Shown here one piece after another: positions 45,309-57,347 of a stretch of DNA of 64,000 nt. How positions within the stretch are numbered: position 1 is the stretch's first letter; each line of letters begins with the position of its first letter. The notes below the pieces were generated by a model. That model was given only the letters and a program-made list of their open reading frames with translations, was not told the origin of the DNA and did not search any database. The position numbers were made by a program, and so were the translations under genes. This DNA is from the human T2T-CHM13v2.0 reference genome, Homo sapiens, in NCBI RefSeq assembly GCF_009914755.1, contig NC_060928.1. One strand, 5' to 3'.

Positions 45309-46097
45309 AAAGACAATTATGTGGCCAACACACATATGAAAAACAGCTCATCATCACTGGTCATGAGAGAAATGCAAATCAAAACCACAATGAGATACCA
45401 TCTCATGCCAGTTAGAATGGGGATCATTAAAAAGTCAGGAAACAACAGATGCTGGGGAGGATGTGGAGAAATAGGAATACTTTTACACTGTTGGTGGCAG
45501 TGTAGATTAGTTCAACCATTGTGGAAGACAGTGTGGCATTTCCTCAAAGATCTAGAACCAGAAATACCGTTTGACCCAGCAATCCTGTGGCTGGGTATAT
45601 ACTAAAATGATTATAAATCATTCTACTATAAAAATACTTGTACATGTTTGTTTATTGAAGCACTATTCACAATAGCAAAAACTTGGAACCAACCCAAATG
45701 CCTATCAATGATAGACTGGGTAAAGAAAATGTGGCACATATACACCATGGAATACTATGCAGCCATAAAAAGGATGAGCTCATGTCCTTTGCAGGGACAT
45801 GGATGAAGCTGGAAACCATCATTCTCAGCAAACTACCACAAGACCAGAAAAGCAAACACCACATGTTCTCATTCATAAGTAGGAGTTGAACAATGAGGAC
45901 ATATGGACACAGGGAGGAGAACATCACACACTGGGGCCTGTCTGGGGGTGAGGGGCTCGAGGAGGGATAGCATTAGGAGAAATACCTAATGTAGATGACA
46001 GGTTGATGGGTGCAGCAAACCACCGTGGCACATGTATACCTGTGTAACAAACCTGCATGTTCTGTGAACTTGAAGTATAATAAAAAAAGAAAAAAAA
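45309..46097 (+). mobile_element. 5'-truncated L1PA7/8-like element
   Basis: ORF2 C-terminus ([13 protein letters not shown]...NNRCW.GCGEIG), cctaatgtagatgacaggttgatggg 3' UTR, A-tail. Confidence 0.95.
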
Positions 46098-46884
46098 GTG
46101 ATTTTAATATTATCTTGTTCAAAATTTTTATTTGGAGCAAAACTTTCTGTAGCCTTTTGAAAAACCTCTAATTGAAAGCTCTGCATGATTATTTTTATAA
46201 TTAGGAGCTCTTGAGTTTTCAAAGCACCCCACCCCATAATTTGATGATTCTAATAGTTAGGATTTTGTTTTTTATTTTGAACTAAATAAAGGTTTTACTC
46301 CCTTTACTTTGAAACACTGTCTTATTCTGCTTTCTTAAGCTACAGAAAACAAATCTGTCCATTTCCAAATAATATACATGTAAAATTGCAAGAAAATATC
46401 ATTTCAACCATCTTTGGATGAGGCTGTTCAACTAGGTAGAAATACATCTAACTCTGTCCTCATCATCCCTTATTTCTTCAGTTTATTTCTTGGATAAGGT
46501 GACAGTTTGTGAAATAAATTGCCAAAGGTAAACATACATTATGGAAACAAAATGCCTTCTCAGAAATCAGAGCTAAATATTTATGCTATTACCATAACCT
46601 TCTAGCTAATAATATAATTACAAATTAAAATGAGGTTAGTTTGACTTACTTATTTTTAGAAACACATGTTGTATCCTCATAATATTTTCCATTCATTATT
46701 GTTTTTTTTCATTATATTTTAATGACCTTTTGACAACAGTTCTGAGATTGCACAGTAAAATTGTGGCAATATAAAAGGCGGTGAAATCCGTTTAAACAAG
46801 TTAAGATGTTTACCTATCTTGACCTATCAACTACCTTTCTAAATATTCATTCTCTTCTGTTTATCCAGTTTAGTTTCTGTTTTT

Positions 46885-47195
46885 CTTTCTTTTTCTTTTT
46901 CTTTTTTTTTATTTTGAGATGGAGTTTCGTTCATTGCCTAGGCGGGAGTGCAATGGCACAATTCGGCTCACAGTATCCTCCACCTACAGGGTTCAAGCGA
47001 TTCTCCTGCCTCAGCCTCCCGAGTAGCTGGGATTACAGGCATGCGCCACCATGTCTGGCTAATTTTGTATTTTTAGTAGAGACAGGGTTTCTCCATGTTG
47101 GTCAGTCTGGTCTCGAACTGCAGACCTCAGGTGATCCACCTGCCTCAGCCTCCCAAAGTGCTGGGATTACAGGCGTGAGCCAAGGTGCCCAGCGC
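46885..47195 (-). mobile_element. AluSp-like, full length
   Basis: gagtttcg, gcatgcgccacc and tttctccatgttggtcag diagnostics; TSD tagtttct[g/a]ttttt at 46871 and 47196. Confidence 0.94.
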
Positions 47196-48439
47196 TAGTT
47201 TCTATTTTTCAGTTCCAATTTGAAGACTGATATTTGTCAAATGGGATTTGAGTGAATTTGCTGTTGTTTTGGGAAGGAGAATGGAAATATTTCATTTGGT
47301 AGAGGGCTCACATCTCCTTTCCTCTCTCACTAGGAAGAAGAACAAAAGAAGAAGATTTGGGGATAGGCACTTGGCTGGCCCTGAAAGAGGAGTAAAAACG
47401 AAACTCATTTGCCAGCCCAATATCACTAAAGGAAGAAAAACAATTCACAGTCAAAAATTACATGAAAATCACAAAATCAAAAAACCATTAAAAATTGTGT
47501 ATACCACAATAATTAGTTCCATCGTCTGGCCTTATAATTTTTGGTTTTTGCAGGTTGAGAATTTCATGTATTTATAATTTATGTTTCTCGTACTTGCTAT
47601 ACTTTAATACTGGATTTTTGGGTCTGGAATGACAAAACTATTGACACATATATTCTTAATATATTTAACAGGATCATACAGAATAAGCGTACTTTTTTGT
47701 TTGTGTTATTTTGTGTTTATTTTTATTTTGAAGTAGGGGTGTAATTAATTTGTACCAATTACTAAAATTTTTGCTTGATTTCTTTTTTTCGCTACAGAAG
47801 TATATTCAAAAATTTAATTTGTCTAATATATCTGTTCTCTTGCTTTGCTTTCAAATAGGATACAACTACTATTTTATAGAAATATAGGTTAGAATTAAAA
47901 TATTTCTAAAATATTTTTTTTCCCTATTCAATTACTCAGTTACCAATACGTTTGCATGAGTTCATATTATATTATGTTAATCAGACACCTAATATTTGCT
48001 AAAACTTAGATATATTTCATATTGCTGGTGCTTATTACAAGATTATTGTACTGAAATAATACTTGATGTAGTATGTTTGATAGATATTTCCATTGTTGAA
48101 AAATCTGATTGTCTTATACTTTATGAAGCAAAAAAATAGGCAATTTTATTCAATTCAACAATATTTATGGAACATTTACTCTTTGGATGAGACTGTATTA
48201 GACATTATTGGGGATATTTAGCTCAACAAGAAATAATTTGTGCTCCTTTTCCTCAAAGATTTCACTATGGCCAGGAAAAATATGTCGGCCAAAAGTTTTT
48301 TGTTAAGTTCCTACACTGACAATCAGCCATCATACATAGTTCAGAACAGCCATGGATATCTTTTGAGTGATAGTTCCTCATCACTCTAAGCTTACTTGCA
48401 CACTGATCTTTCTTTCTGAAACACATTGCATCATTTTAC

Positions 48440-48710
48440 ATATTGAATCATTCACGTATTTCCCTCAAGGAAGCCTTCCAATCTTTCTGTAACTAGGTTA
48501 ATATCTCTTGATATATATTTTCATAGCACTCTTGACTGATTGTGTTTTCTGCAACTGAATTATTTGTGTTTGTTTAATGTTTGCCTTGCCTACTAGTGTG
48601 TATGCTACCAGAGGGCAAAACCCATTCTTACCTAACTTACCTCCTTATATTCAGGGTCTACTAGAATGGCTGACTCAATGATAATTACTTGAATAAAAGA
48701 AGGATGAATT
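48440..48710 (+). mobile_element. L2 3' end relic
   Basis: cctcaaggaagccttcc...catagcact...gagggca...ctcaatgataattacttgaataaaagaaggatgaat. Confidence 0.6.
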
Positions 48711-50695
48711 AAGGCATATAATTTATACTGTTTTTGTGAACTCTTTATTTTGAGAAAAATGAAAGTAAATGTTGAAATGTATCCTTTCGCTAAATTTATT
48801 ACTTGTTAAGATGTTGCCACATTTGCTTTCTTTCTTTCTCTCTCACCTTCTCTCTCTTCTCTCTATATGAAACTTCAGCATGTGTCTGGATGAAATAAGG
48901 CATCCTCCTACCAAATCATAATATACTGACCTCCTCAAAGAATTTAACACTAATAAAATAACTTCACATTTCCAGAATGCATATTCAAATTTCCTACATT
49001 TTTAAATTCATGATTCAATCAAGTATCACAGATGCTTTATCAAGCTATATTTATTATACTTACTATTTCTTAACAGAGAAATAATTTTATTTTGTTCCTT
49101 TGAAACATGACTTACTTAAAGCTTACTTTTTCTTTGAAAAATATGACTTCTTAAAAACTTTTGAACTATTTTAGATTCTGTAGTACACAAATTACCAAAT
49201 GAATGAGTGGCCTGAAGGCAAAATTTACATATGTCTTTATTTATCCTACCCAAATAGGAATATTTTAAATCTAAGTTTTTAGAAAGTCATTTCTAATGAT
49301 ACAGCATGTCGCATTAAAAGATGATTTCAGAAAACAACAATTTCAATGCCTGACCGAACATTTACATAGTCCTGAAGAACAGATTAGAAAGTTTTCCAGA
49401 CCTTAATTTTCATCTTGAATTACTTTCTTGAATCTAAGTGTACCCTTAGGGCCTTATAGAAAGTATAAAAAAAAAAAAAGGAAGGCCTGCCAAAAAAAGC
49501 ATACAATATAAAAAAGTATCATTTTTTTATTTTTTTATTTTCAATACTGTGGTGCTTTCTGAGGGAAATCAATGCAGAAGAGAGATATAACAGGTACTGT
49601 CCAAAGAACTTATGCTATTTTAACTCAGCACCACCTTTTTAAAAGCTGCAAGCATAAACATTGTTACACTGAAGAAGTATTTACAAGACATGAGAATAGA
49701 TGTTTCCATCTGGGCCCATTTCACATTCACTGTGAACAGTTGGATGTTATTGAACAGGCTTTGCCCTTTACTAGTAAATCCTGTAGGTAATCTTATTAAG
49801 AACCAGTGGAAAGGGAGTTATATAGAAATCAGAAGTCAGCTAGTCAGTTCTGCAGTAGAGTTCAAAGGGTTTTAATTTTTGTTAAATGCTTTTTCTCTTC
49901 TTGTTTATGGAAGTTATCTCATTTAATTAATTATATTTCAAACCTTTAAAAATGTAATCACATGATTTTACACATTATAGTTCTCCCACATGAACACATT
50001 CAAAAAGTCAGTTTTGTCAGACACAGACCAGTTTTCTTAGAATGTAATTTAGATAATATTAAGGCATTTTAAGATTCTTTGAAGAACATAGACCATTTCC
50101 TAAAAATAATTTCTCTATTCCTCTTAAGTAACTCTAACAAAATATCAAGGAGAACTAAGTCTATAGATTCCCAATAAGCATCAGAGTTTCTTAAAATATT
50201 ATCTCTGAAAGACAGGCTATTCTGCTTTTGTCACCAAGTAAGTAATGCTGAATTGCTGACTCTTAGAAAATAACAAGTTGTGGATTCTATTTTGTTTCAG
50301 ATTCTGACATGGGTCATTTTTGTGACATACACTCATTACTTACTTAACCTTTTCTGGCTTTGGTTATAATGTTAGGACTAGGCAAGAATGATTCTCTAAG
50401 ATCTAATATTAGATTGAATCACTCTTTTGCTCATGACTCTTCAAAGCTTCCCCATTTAATTCAAATAAAATATTCTTAAAAGAACTCTCAGTGCCCTTTG
50501 CAATTTGTCCCTATTTATTTGTCTAAACTCTTCTCCATCTATACTCCTTCTCGTTACTATCACTCCTGTTCTTAGCCACCTCTACCTCTCCCAAGCCTTT
50601 CCTTAAATATTACATTCTCACTGAATCCTACCTATGCAAGTATCCTTCTGTAAATTTAAAGCCTCTGCCTCCTGCTCTGAATTTCTCCCCATAGC

Positions 50696-50759
50696 ATTCA
50701 TTGTGTATATGATACAAGACAAAAGTCTTGTATTCATTGTGTATATGATACAAGACAAA
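50696..50759. repeat. 28-bp direct duplication with an inverted spacer
   Basis: attcattgtgtatatgatacaagacaaa at 50696-50723 and 50732-50759; spacer forms hairpin atacaagac-aaaa-gtcttgtat. Confidence 0.9.
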
Positions 50760-51188
50760 GATGAATGACTTAAGTAGTTAATTAACCTAACAATCATTTT
50801 TACTGTCTTATTTTGTAATGCACCATACATAGTCAAGAAGTTGGAAAATCAGCCAATTTTTCATCAAAGAAAGTACCAAATTAAGAAAAGACTATCACTT
50901 GATAAAGAAGTAAATTGACAGATTGAGTATAATACAGAAAAATACATAATTATCAATAAATCCAATTTAATTAAGACAATCTTAGAATAACAGTTCTATG
51001 TATGTAATGTACTTACAAAATATATGTACACATCACAAAAAAGCTATGTAGATTACCCTAGAACAAAAATGTTTAAATAAATTGGACATAATATATTCAA
51101 ATGCAAAATATTACTGAGTATTTGGATGAATTGTCCTTCTTAACTAAAAGTAGTTATTCATATATATAGGTTCTAATAGTTCCCCTAG

Positions 51189-53450
51189 TGATATGGTTTG
51201 CCTGTGGCCCCACCCAAATGTCATTTTGAATTGTAGTTCCCATAATTCCCACGTGTTATGGGAAGGACCCTATGGGAGATAATTGAATCATGGGGACAGT
51301 TTCCTCCATACTGTTCTCCTGGTAGAGAATGTTTCCTGAGATCTGATGGTGTTATAAAGGGTTTCTGCTTTTGCTTGGTTCTTATTCTATCTCTTGCCTG
51401 CTGCCAGTGTAGGACCTTTCATCTTCCACCATGATTGTGAGGCCTCCCCAGCCACATGGAACTGTGAGTCCATTAAACCTCTTTTTCTTTATAAATTACC
51501 CAGTCTCGAGTATGTCTTAATCAGTAGCATGAAAAAGGACTAACAGAATAAATTGATACCAGTAGAGTGGAACACTGCTGTAAAGATACCTGAAAATGTG
51601 GAAGCAACTTTGGAACAGTTTGGAGGGCTCAGAAGAAGACAGGAAAATGTAGGAAGGAATGGAACTTCCTAGAAACTTGTCAAATGGCTTTGACCAAAAT
51701 GCTGATAATGATATGGACAGTAAAATCCAGGCTGAGATAGAGATGAGTAACTAGTTAAGAACTGGAGCAAAAGTGACTCTTGTTATGTTTTAACAAAGAG
51801 ACTGACAGCATTTTGAACCTTCCCTAAAGATTTGTGGAACTTTGAACTTAAAGGAGATAATTTAGGGTATCTGGTGGAAGAAATTTCTAAGCAGCAAAGG
51901 ATTCAAGAGGTGACTTGGATGCTGTTAAAAGCATTCAGTTTTGTAAGCGAAGCAGAGCATAAAAGTTCAGAAAATTTGCTGCCTGACAATGTGATAGAAA
52001 AAAGAAAAAAAGAAAAATAATTTTCTGAGGAGAAATTCAAGCCAGCTGTAGAAATTTGCATAAGTAACAAGAAGCAGAATGGTAATCCCCAAGATAATGG
52101 GGAAAATGTCTCCAGGTCTGAAGTCTTCATGGCAGCCCCTCCCAACACAGGCCTGGAGGCCTAGGAAGGAAAAATGGTTTTGTGGGCGGATCTCAGGGCC
52201 CCTCTGCAATGTGCAATTTAGAGACTTGGTGCCCATAGTCCCAGCTGCTCCAGCCATGACTGAAAGGGGCCAAGGTACAGCTCGAGCCATGGTTTCAGAG
52301 GGTGTAAGCCCCAATCCTTGGCAGCTTCCCAGTGGTGTTTAGCCTGTGAATGCACAGAAGTCAAGAATTGAGGTTTGGGAACCTCTGCCTAGAACTCAAA
52401 GGATGTATGGAAATGCTTGGATGTCCAGGCAGAAGTCTGCTGCAGGCACCAGGCCCTCATGAAGAACCTCTGCTAGAGCAGTGCGGAAGGGAAATTTGGA
52501 GTTGGAACCCCCACACAGTGTCCCCACTGGTGCTCTGTCTGGTGAAGCTGTGAGAAGAGGGTCACTGTCCTCTAGACCCCAGAATGGTACATCCACCGAC
52601 AGCTTGCACAGTGCACCTGGAAAAGCTGCAGACACTCAGTGCCTGCTCATGAAAGCAGCTGGGAGGGGGGTTGTAGCCACAGTAGCAGAGCTGCCCAAGA
52701 CCATGGGATCCCACCTCTTGCATTAGTGTGACCTGGATGTGAGGCATGGAGTAAACATAAATCATTTTGGATCTCTAAGATTTGACTGCCTCACTGGATT
52801 TCAGACTTGTATGGGGACTTTAGCCCCTTTGTTTTCTTCAATTTGTCCCATTTGGAAAGGTATGTTTATCCAATGCCTGTACCTCCATTGTATCTAGAAA
52901 GTAACTAACTTGCTTTAGATTTTACAGGCTCATAGCCAGAAGGGACTTGCCTTGTCTTGGATAAGACTTTGAACTGTGGACTTTTGAGTTAATGCTGAAA
53001 TGAGTTAAGACTTTGGGGGAATATTGGAAAGGCATAATTGGTCTTGAAATGTGAGGACATGAGATTTGGGAGGGGCAGGGGCAGAATGATATGGTTTGAC
53101 TATGTCCCCAGGCAAATCGCATCATAAATTGTAGTTCCTATAATTCCCATGTGTTGTGGAAGGAAACTGGTGGGAGATAACTGAATCATGGGGTGGTTTC
53201 CTCTATACTGTTCTCATGGTAGTGAGTAAGTCTCATGAGATCTGATGATTTCATAAGCGGTTTGTGCTTTCACTTGGCTCTCATTCTCTCTCTTGCCTGC
53301 TGCTAATGTAAGGTGTGCCTTTACCCTTCTTCCATGATTGTGAGACCTCCCCAGCCACATGGAACTTTGAGTCAATTAAACCTCTTTTTCCTTATAAATT
53401 ACCCAGACTCAAGTATGTGTTTATCAGCAGTGTGAAATGAGACTAGTACA
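51189..53450 (+). mobile_element. Full-length THE1 (THE1B/C-like) MaLR: 5' LTR 51189-51547, internal 51548-53086, 3' LTR 53087-53450
   Basis: Both LTRs start tgatatggtttg; polypurine tract gggaggggcaggggcagaa precedes the 3' LTR; perfect TSD cctag at 51184-51188 and 53451-53455. Confidence 0.96.
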
Positions 53451-53622
53451 CCTAGCAAACTAATTTATAGAAAAAATATGCTCACAGATAAATTATTTAA
53501 ATGATAGTCATAAAAATGCAACTAGGCTATTGTTGCAGCTTTTTTACCTTGGCAAGCAGGAGAAAATAGCACCCAATAACTTTTTCTTCCACATTTCTTG
53601 CAAGTGGGAGGAAGGGTTACAG

Positions 53623-54521
53623 TGTTACAGGATTCCTTTGGTGCCACTTTGCCAGCTGGAAATCTCTGTGACTGATCTGACCTCTGCCTGGAGCTTCACT
53701 CAGGCCTGCCAGGCTCACTCCACCCACTCACCATGGCAGGGTGTGCTTCGTTCATGCCTTGGCCCAGATCCCTTGCCTGTCACAGGATCTGCACTCAGCC
53801 TGTGCCAGGACCTGGTGTGCCATGAGCAGCTTTCATGTTGCGTGCCACCATCTAGATGAGGGGAATGCAGTGGTGCCTGAAAACTCAGAGATGCCAGCAA
53901 CCATGGAGCCTAAAGTGGTGTTACAGCTCTCGTCTCAGGAGTCCTGAGGTCCAACCGCCCAAGAAATGTTACAGCTCTCTCTTGTGCCCACCACCTTCAG
54001 CTCAGCAGATGCGGGTGTGTCACAGTTTGTTTGTTCCTGCCACCTATAGCTTGGTGAATAAGAGTGTGGTATAGCTTGTTTGGTCCTGCTGCCCACAGCT
54101 CCGCAAGTTCTGGGTTCTTGCCCTGTGACCAAGAGTAATAAGGTACATAGACACTGGAGAGTGAGTAGGGCAGTGAACGATTTTATTGAGTGACGGAAGG
54201 AAAGCTCTCAGTGGAGAGGGGATCTGAGAGTGGGTAGCCCTCTGTGTGAGAGGAGGCCTGAAAGTGGGTAGCCATCTCTGAGGCTGAGTCTAGGGATTTT
54301 ATGGTCTCAGAATGGGGGGGTGGGTGTGCTGATTGGTCCATGGGCATGCCTGGAAAAAGCACCATTTGATTGGCTAAAAAGCATTCAGGAAGTTCTGACT
54401 TTGTTTGTGGACTCTACCTGGAACTGGCAGCTAGGTTTTCAGGCTTCAGTCTTGAAAGTTGGGTTTCACTGGGGACTCGTCCCTGTCTGCCTAGGAATTT
54501 GTCTGTTTTCTGCTGCTATCA
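53623..54521 (-). mobile_element. ERV1 solo LTR, LTR27/LTR28/MER52 group
   Basis: Minus strand starts tgatagcagcagaaaacagacaaattcctaggcagacaggg..gtccccagtgaaaccca; two CCAAT boxes, AATAAA near 54182, ends taaca. Confidence 0.8.
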
Positions 54522-55970
54522 CTATCAAGAAAAAATTCTGTCAGTATTCCAGATTGATCTCTGGGAACAGCTAGGGTTAAAAAGAAAAAGGACTAATATA
54601 ATAATAGATAGGATCATTACAAATTCTAAAACTAAAATTAGAAAGATGTTCTAATTTTATTTGGAAATATAGGTTTTCTCTCCTTATATATACAGTATGC
54701 TGGAAATAAAGATATATCGAAAATTATTAAAGTTTTGAGAAATGAAAGTCTACATTTTTATATTATTGATTTTGGAAAAAGTAAAGTATAATGAATTTAT
54801 AAAAACATGAATATTACTGACTAATGGAAAGGGTAAAAAATTAAAAAGTTAAATTATACTCTTTGGACAAATCCAGAAATACTAAAAAAAATTACACAGC
54901 CTTTAGGTATAATTAAAGGCAAGTTAAATAAATACAGCTTTGTTCACTTTTTATTTCTACCATATTTCTAAATGGGAGATTCATAAATATCAGAAGAATT
55001 AACAGAAGAAATTTGGGAACTATTGTGTGTGTATGTGCAAGTATTTGAAGTTGAATTAGAGAGAGGATTCAACAGGAATATACATTTATGATTTTTTATA
55101 AGATGTATGCTTTGTGCTGTAAGCACCCTTAAATCCAAGCCTACAGTAAAATCTAAAACTGTAACTCAAAAATAGCTCAAGAAGCATTATGATTTGCTAA
55201 ATGACAGAAACGACTCTCAGAGTATTGTTCAGGTTTGTATGGTGACTCATCCTTACCTTTTTAATAGGAAAACCATCTTTTTGTCCTCTATTTCATAAAA
55301 TCACAATTAACACACATTGTGTTATTTAGTTTTCAATAAGAACTTCTATGTTTATAATGTTTATAAGTCAAATTACAATAGTGTACCCATGTCTGTCCAT
55401 GTCTGCCCACTCACACAGAGCAGAGGTTCTTGAAATGTTACTTACAGTGCCTCAGGCAAGTATCTGAAACTTTATTTTATAACCTTCTCTTTCAACCCAC
55501 CTTCTGTGAACAGCTATTTAAATAAGAAAATGTATGCATCTGCAGGAATACATAGGAAAGACTAAATGTACAGAAAGAAAAGGAGCCTCCCTTTCTTTTA
55601 CACAATGCTACCACACAAAGACTCAAAAGCGGAGCTTTTAATGCAAGAAAAATAATTAACTATGTGCAAATAGCCTAGCTTCTCCTTCGAAATCACCTGT
55701 ATTGATTATTATTTTTAAGCAAGAAAAAGGGAATGTTTCAATGTGTGGAAATAATGACCTTAGTTGGAATTTTTACAAAAAAAAGTCTGCCAAAGCAGAT
55801 GAAATTATTTGAAGACTGAAAATAAAGGTATTAGATGCAATATTTGCTTAAGTTTTAAAAATTTCAGGACACACTTGTGGAGTCTTATATTCATGATGTT
55901 ACTACTAAAATTTCAAAATCACATATTCTCCAAATATGGATTCTAATTTTTAAAATAGGTCTTCATATTG

Positions 55971-56038
55971 TTTATTTGACACATAATTGATTTTTTTATG
56001 GGGATTTATTTGACACATAATTGATTTTTATATCGGGG
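55971..56038. repeat. 34-bp tandem duplication
   Basis: tttatttgacacataattgattttt identical at 55971 and 56005. Confidence 0.85.
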
Positions 56039-57074
56039 TAATTACCTGTCTCTCTCTGCCTTCTCTCTCTACACACACACATATGTATGTTTACACACAT
56101 GTGTATGTATACACACATATATACATATATGTGTGTATATGTGTGCTTATGTGTATCAATGAAGGAAAATTTGAATATGCAAGAAATTTTTAAAAAGATC
56201 TCAAATTCCCATCAGTTAAGAGATAAGATTAACATTTTAGTGTATAAAACTATGCTCTTTTTGCCATGATATATTCATGTATACATTATAGCATACTGAC
56301 AATATGTATGTGGTGATGATTTTGTAATTTGGTGTTTTTCATTTAATAGCTGATGAACAATTTTAATAATATATCATGTATAATTTTCTATATATTATTA
56401 TGTGAATATGATTTTGAGTATTGTATAAAATCTTATAATTTTGGTTTTATTCACTATTGGTTACTATTATGAATTACATTCATACTTAAAGATTTATGTA
56501 AATTCTTTAAATTTCCTCCAGTTAAGTTTCTAAAAGCAGACTTGCTGGATTGAAGTGTACATATAAAATTTAAGTTTCAGCTCCCTTAACACTCTGTACA
56601 GTTACAATTTAATCTCTAGCACAGGGTGATGTTTATTTTCCCATAATTAATATTTTATGAGGTAAATTATACGGTTACATTTTTGTTACAATATGTTACC
56701 CTAATTAGAAAAAAAGACAGGCTATCACATTTTGGCTTAAGTACTAAGCCTTAAACTAGCACTATGTGAAGCCAGTTCATTCACTGCAGCAAGCTGGTTG
56801 GGAAAATCTGTTTTCTCTCCTCTCTCCATCTTTTATTTTTCCTCATCACCATTCTTCTCCTGCTCCTGTACACACATACTGCACACACACAGACACACTC
56901 ACAAACACACTAACACACATTCATACTTATACTTAAAGGAAATAGTCTTTGTTCTACTAAATATTCAAGTTAAAATTGATTTTATTGGAAATGGAAAAAC
57001 CTTTATCTGAGAAAGTTGCAAAACTTCCTAATAATTGTTTAATAATTGGACTAAAATGAGTTATATAGTCTTTG

Positions 57075-57092
57075 TCTTTTCTTTCTTTCTTT

Positions 57093-57144
<52 letters not shown>

Positions 57145-57195
57145 TTTCTTTCTCTCTTTCTTTCTCTCCTTCTCTCTTTCTCTCTTTCTTTCTTC
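57075..57195. repeat. (TTTC)n / CT-rich simple repeat
   Basis: Direct observation; explains the low-complexity ORFs at 56957-57271. Confidence 0.95.
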
Positions 57196-57207
57196 TGCCC
57201 TCCACTC

Positions 57208-57347
57208 TTTTTGTTTGTTTACAGACAAGGTCTCACACTGTCACCCAGGCTGGAGTGCAGTGAAGCAATAACAACTCACTGCAGCCTCAAACCCATGGGC
57301 TCAAACAATCCTCATCCTTTAGCCTCCCAAGTAGCTGGAATTACAGG
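57208..57347 (-). mobile_element. Alu right-arm fragment (AluJ/FRAM-like)
   Basis: agacaaggtctcacactgtcacccaggctggagtgcagtg...ctcactgcagcctcaa...gtagctggaattacagg. Confidence 0.88.

Noticed and set aside
46806-47198. 130-aa ORF and similar ORFs at 5638, 14419, 14627, 15894, 31959 and 32891
   Set aside because: Alu-derived reading frames with no splice or expression evidence.
51832-53125. Cluster of overlapping ORFs on both strands
   Set aside because: They lie in the decayed, GC-richer THE1 internal region and form no continuous reading frame.
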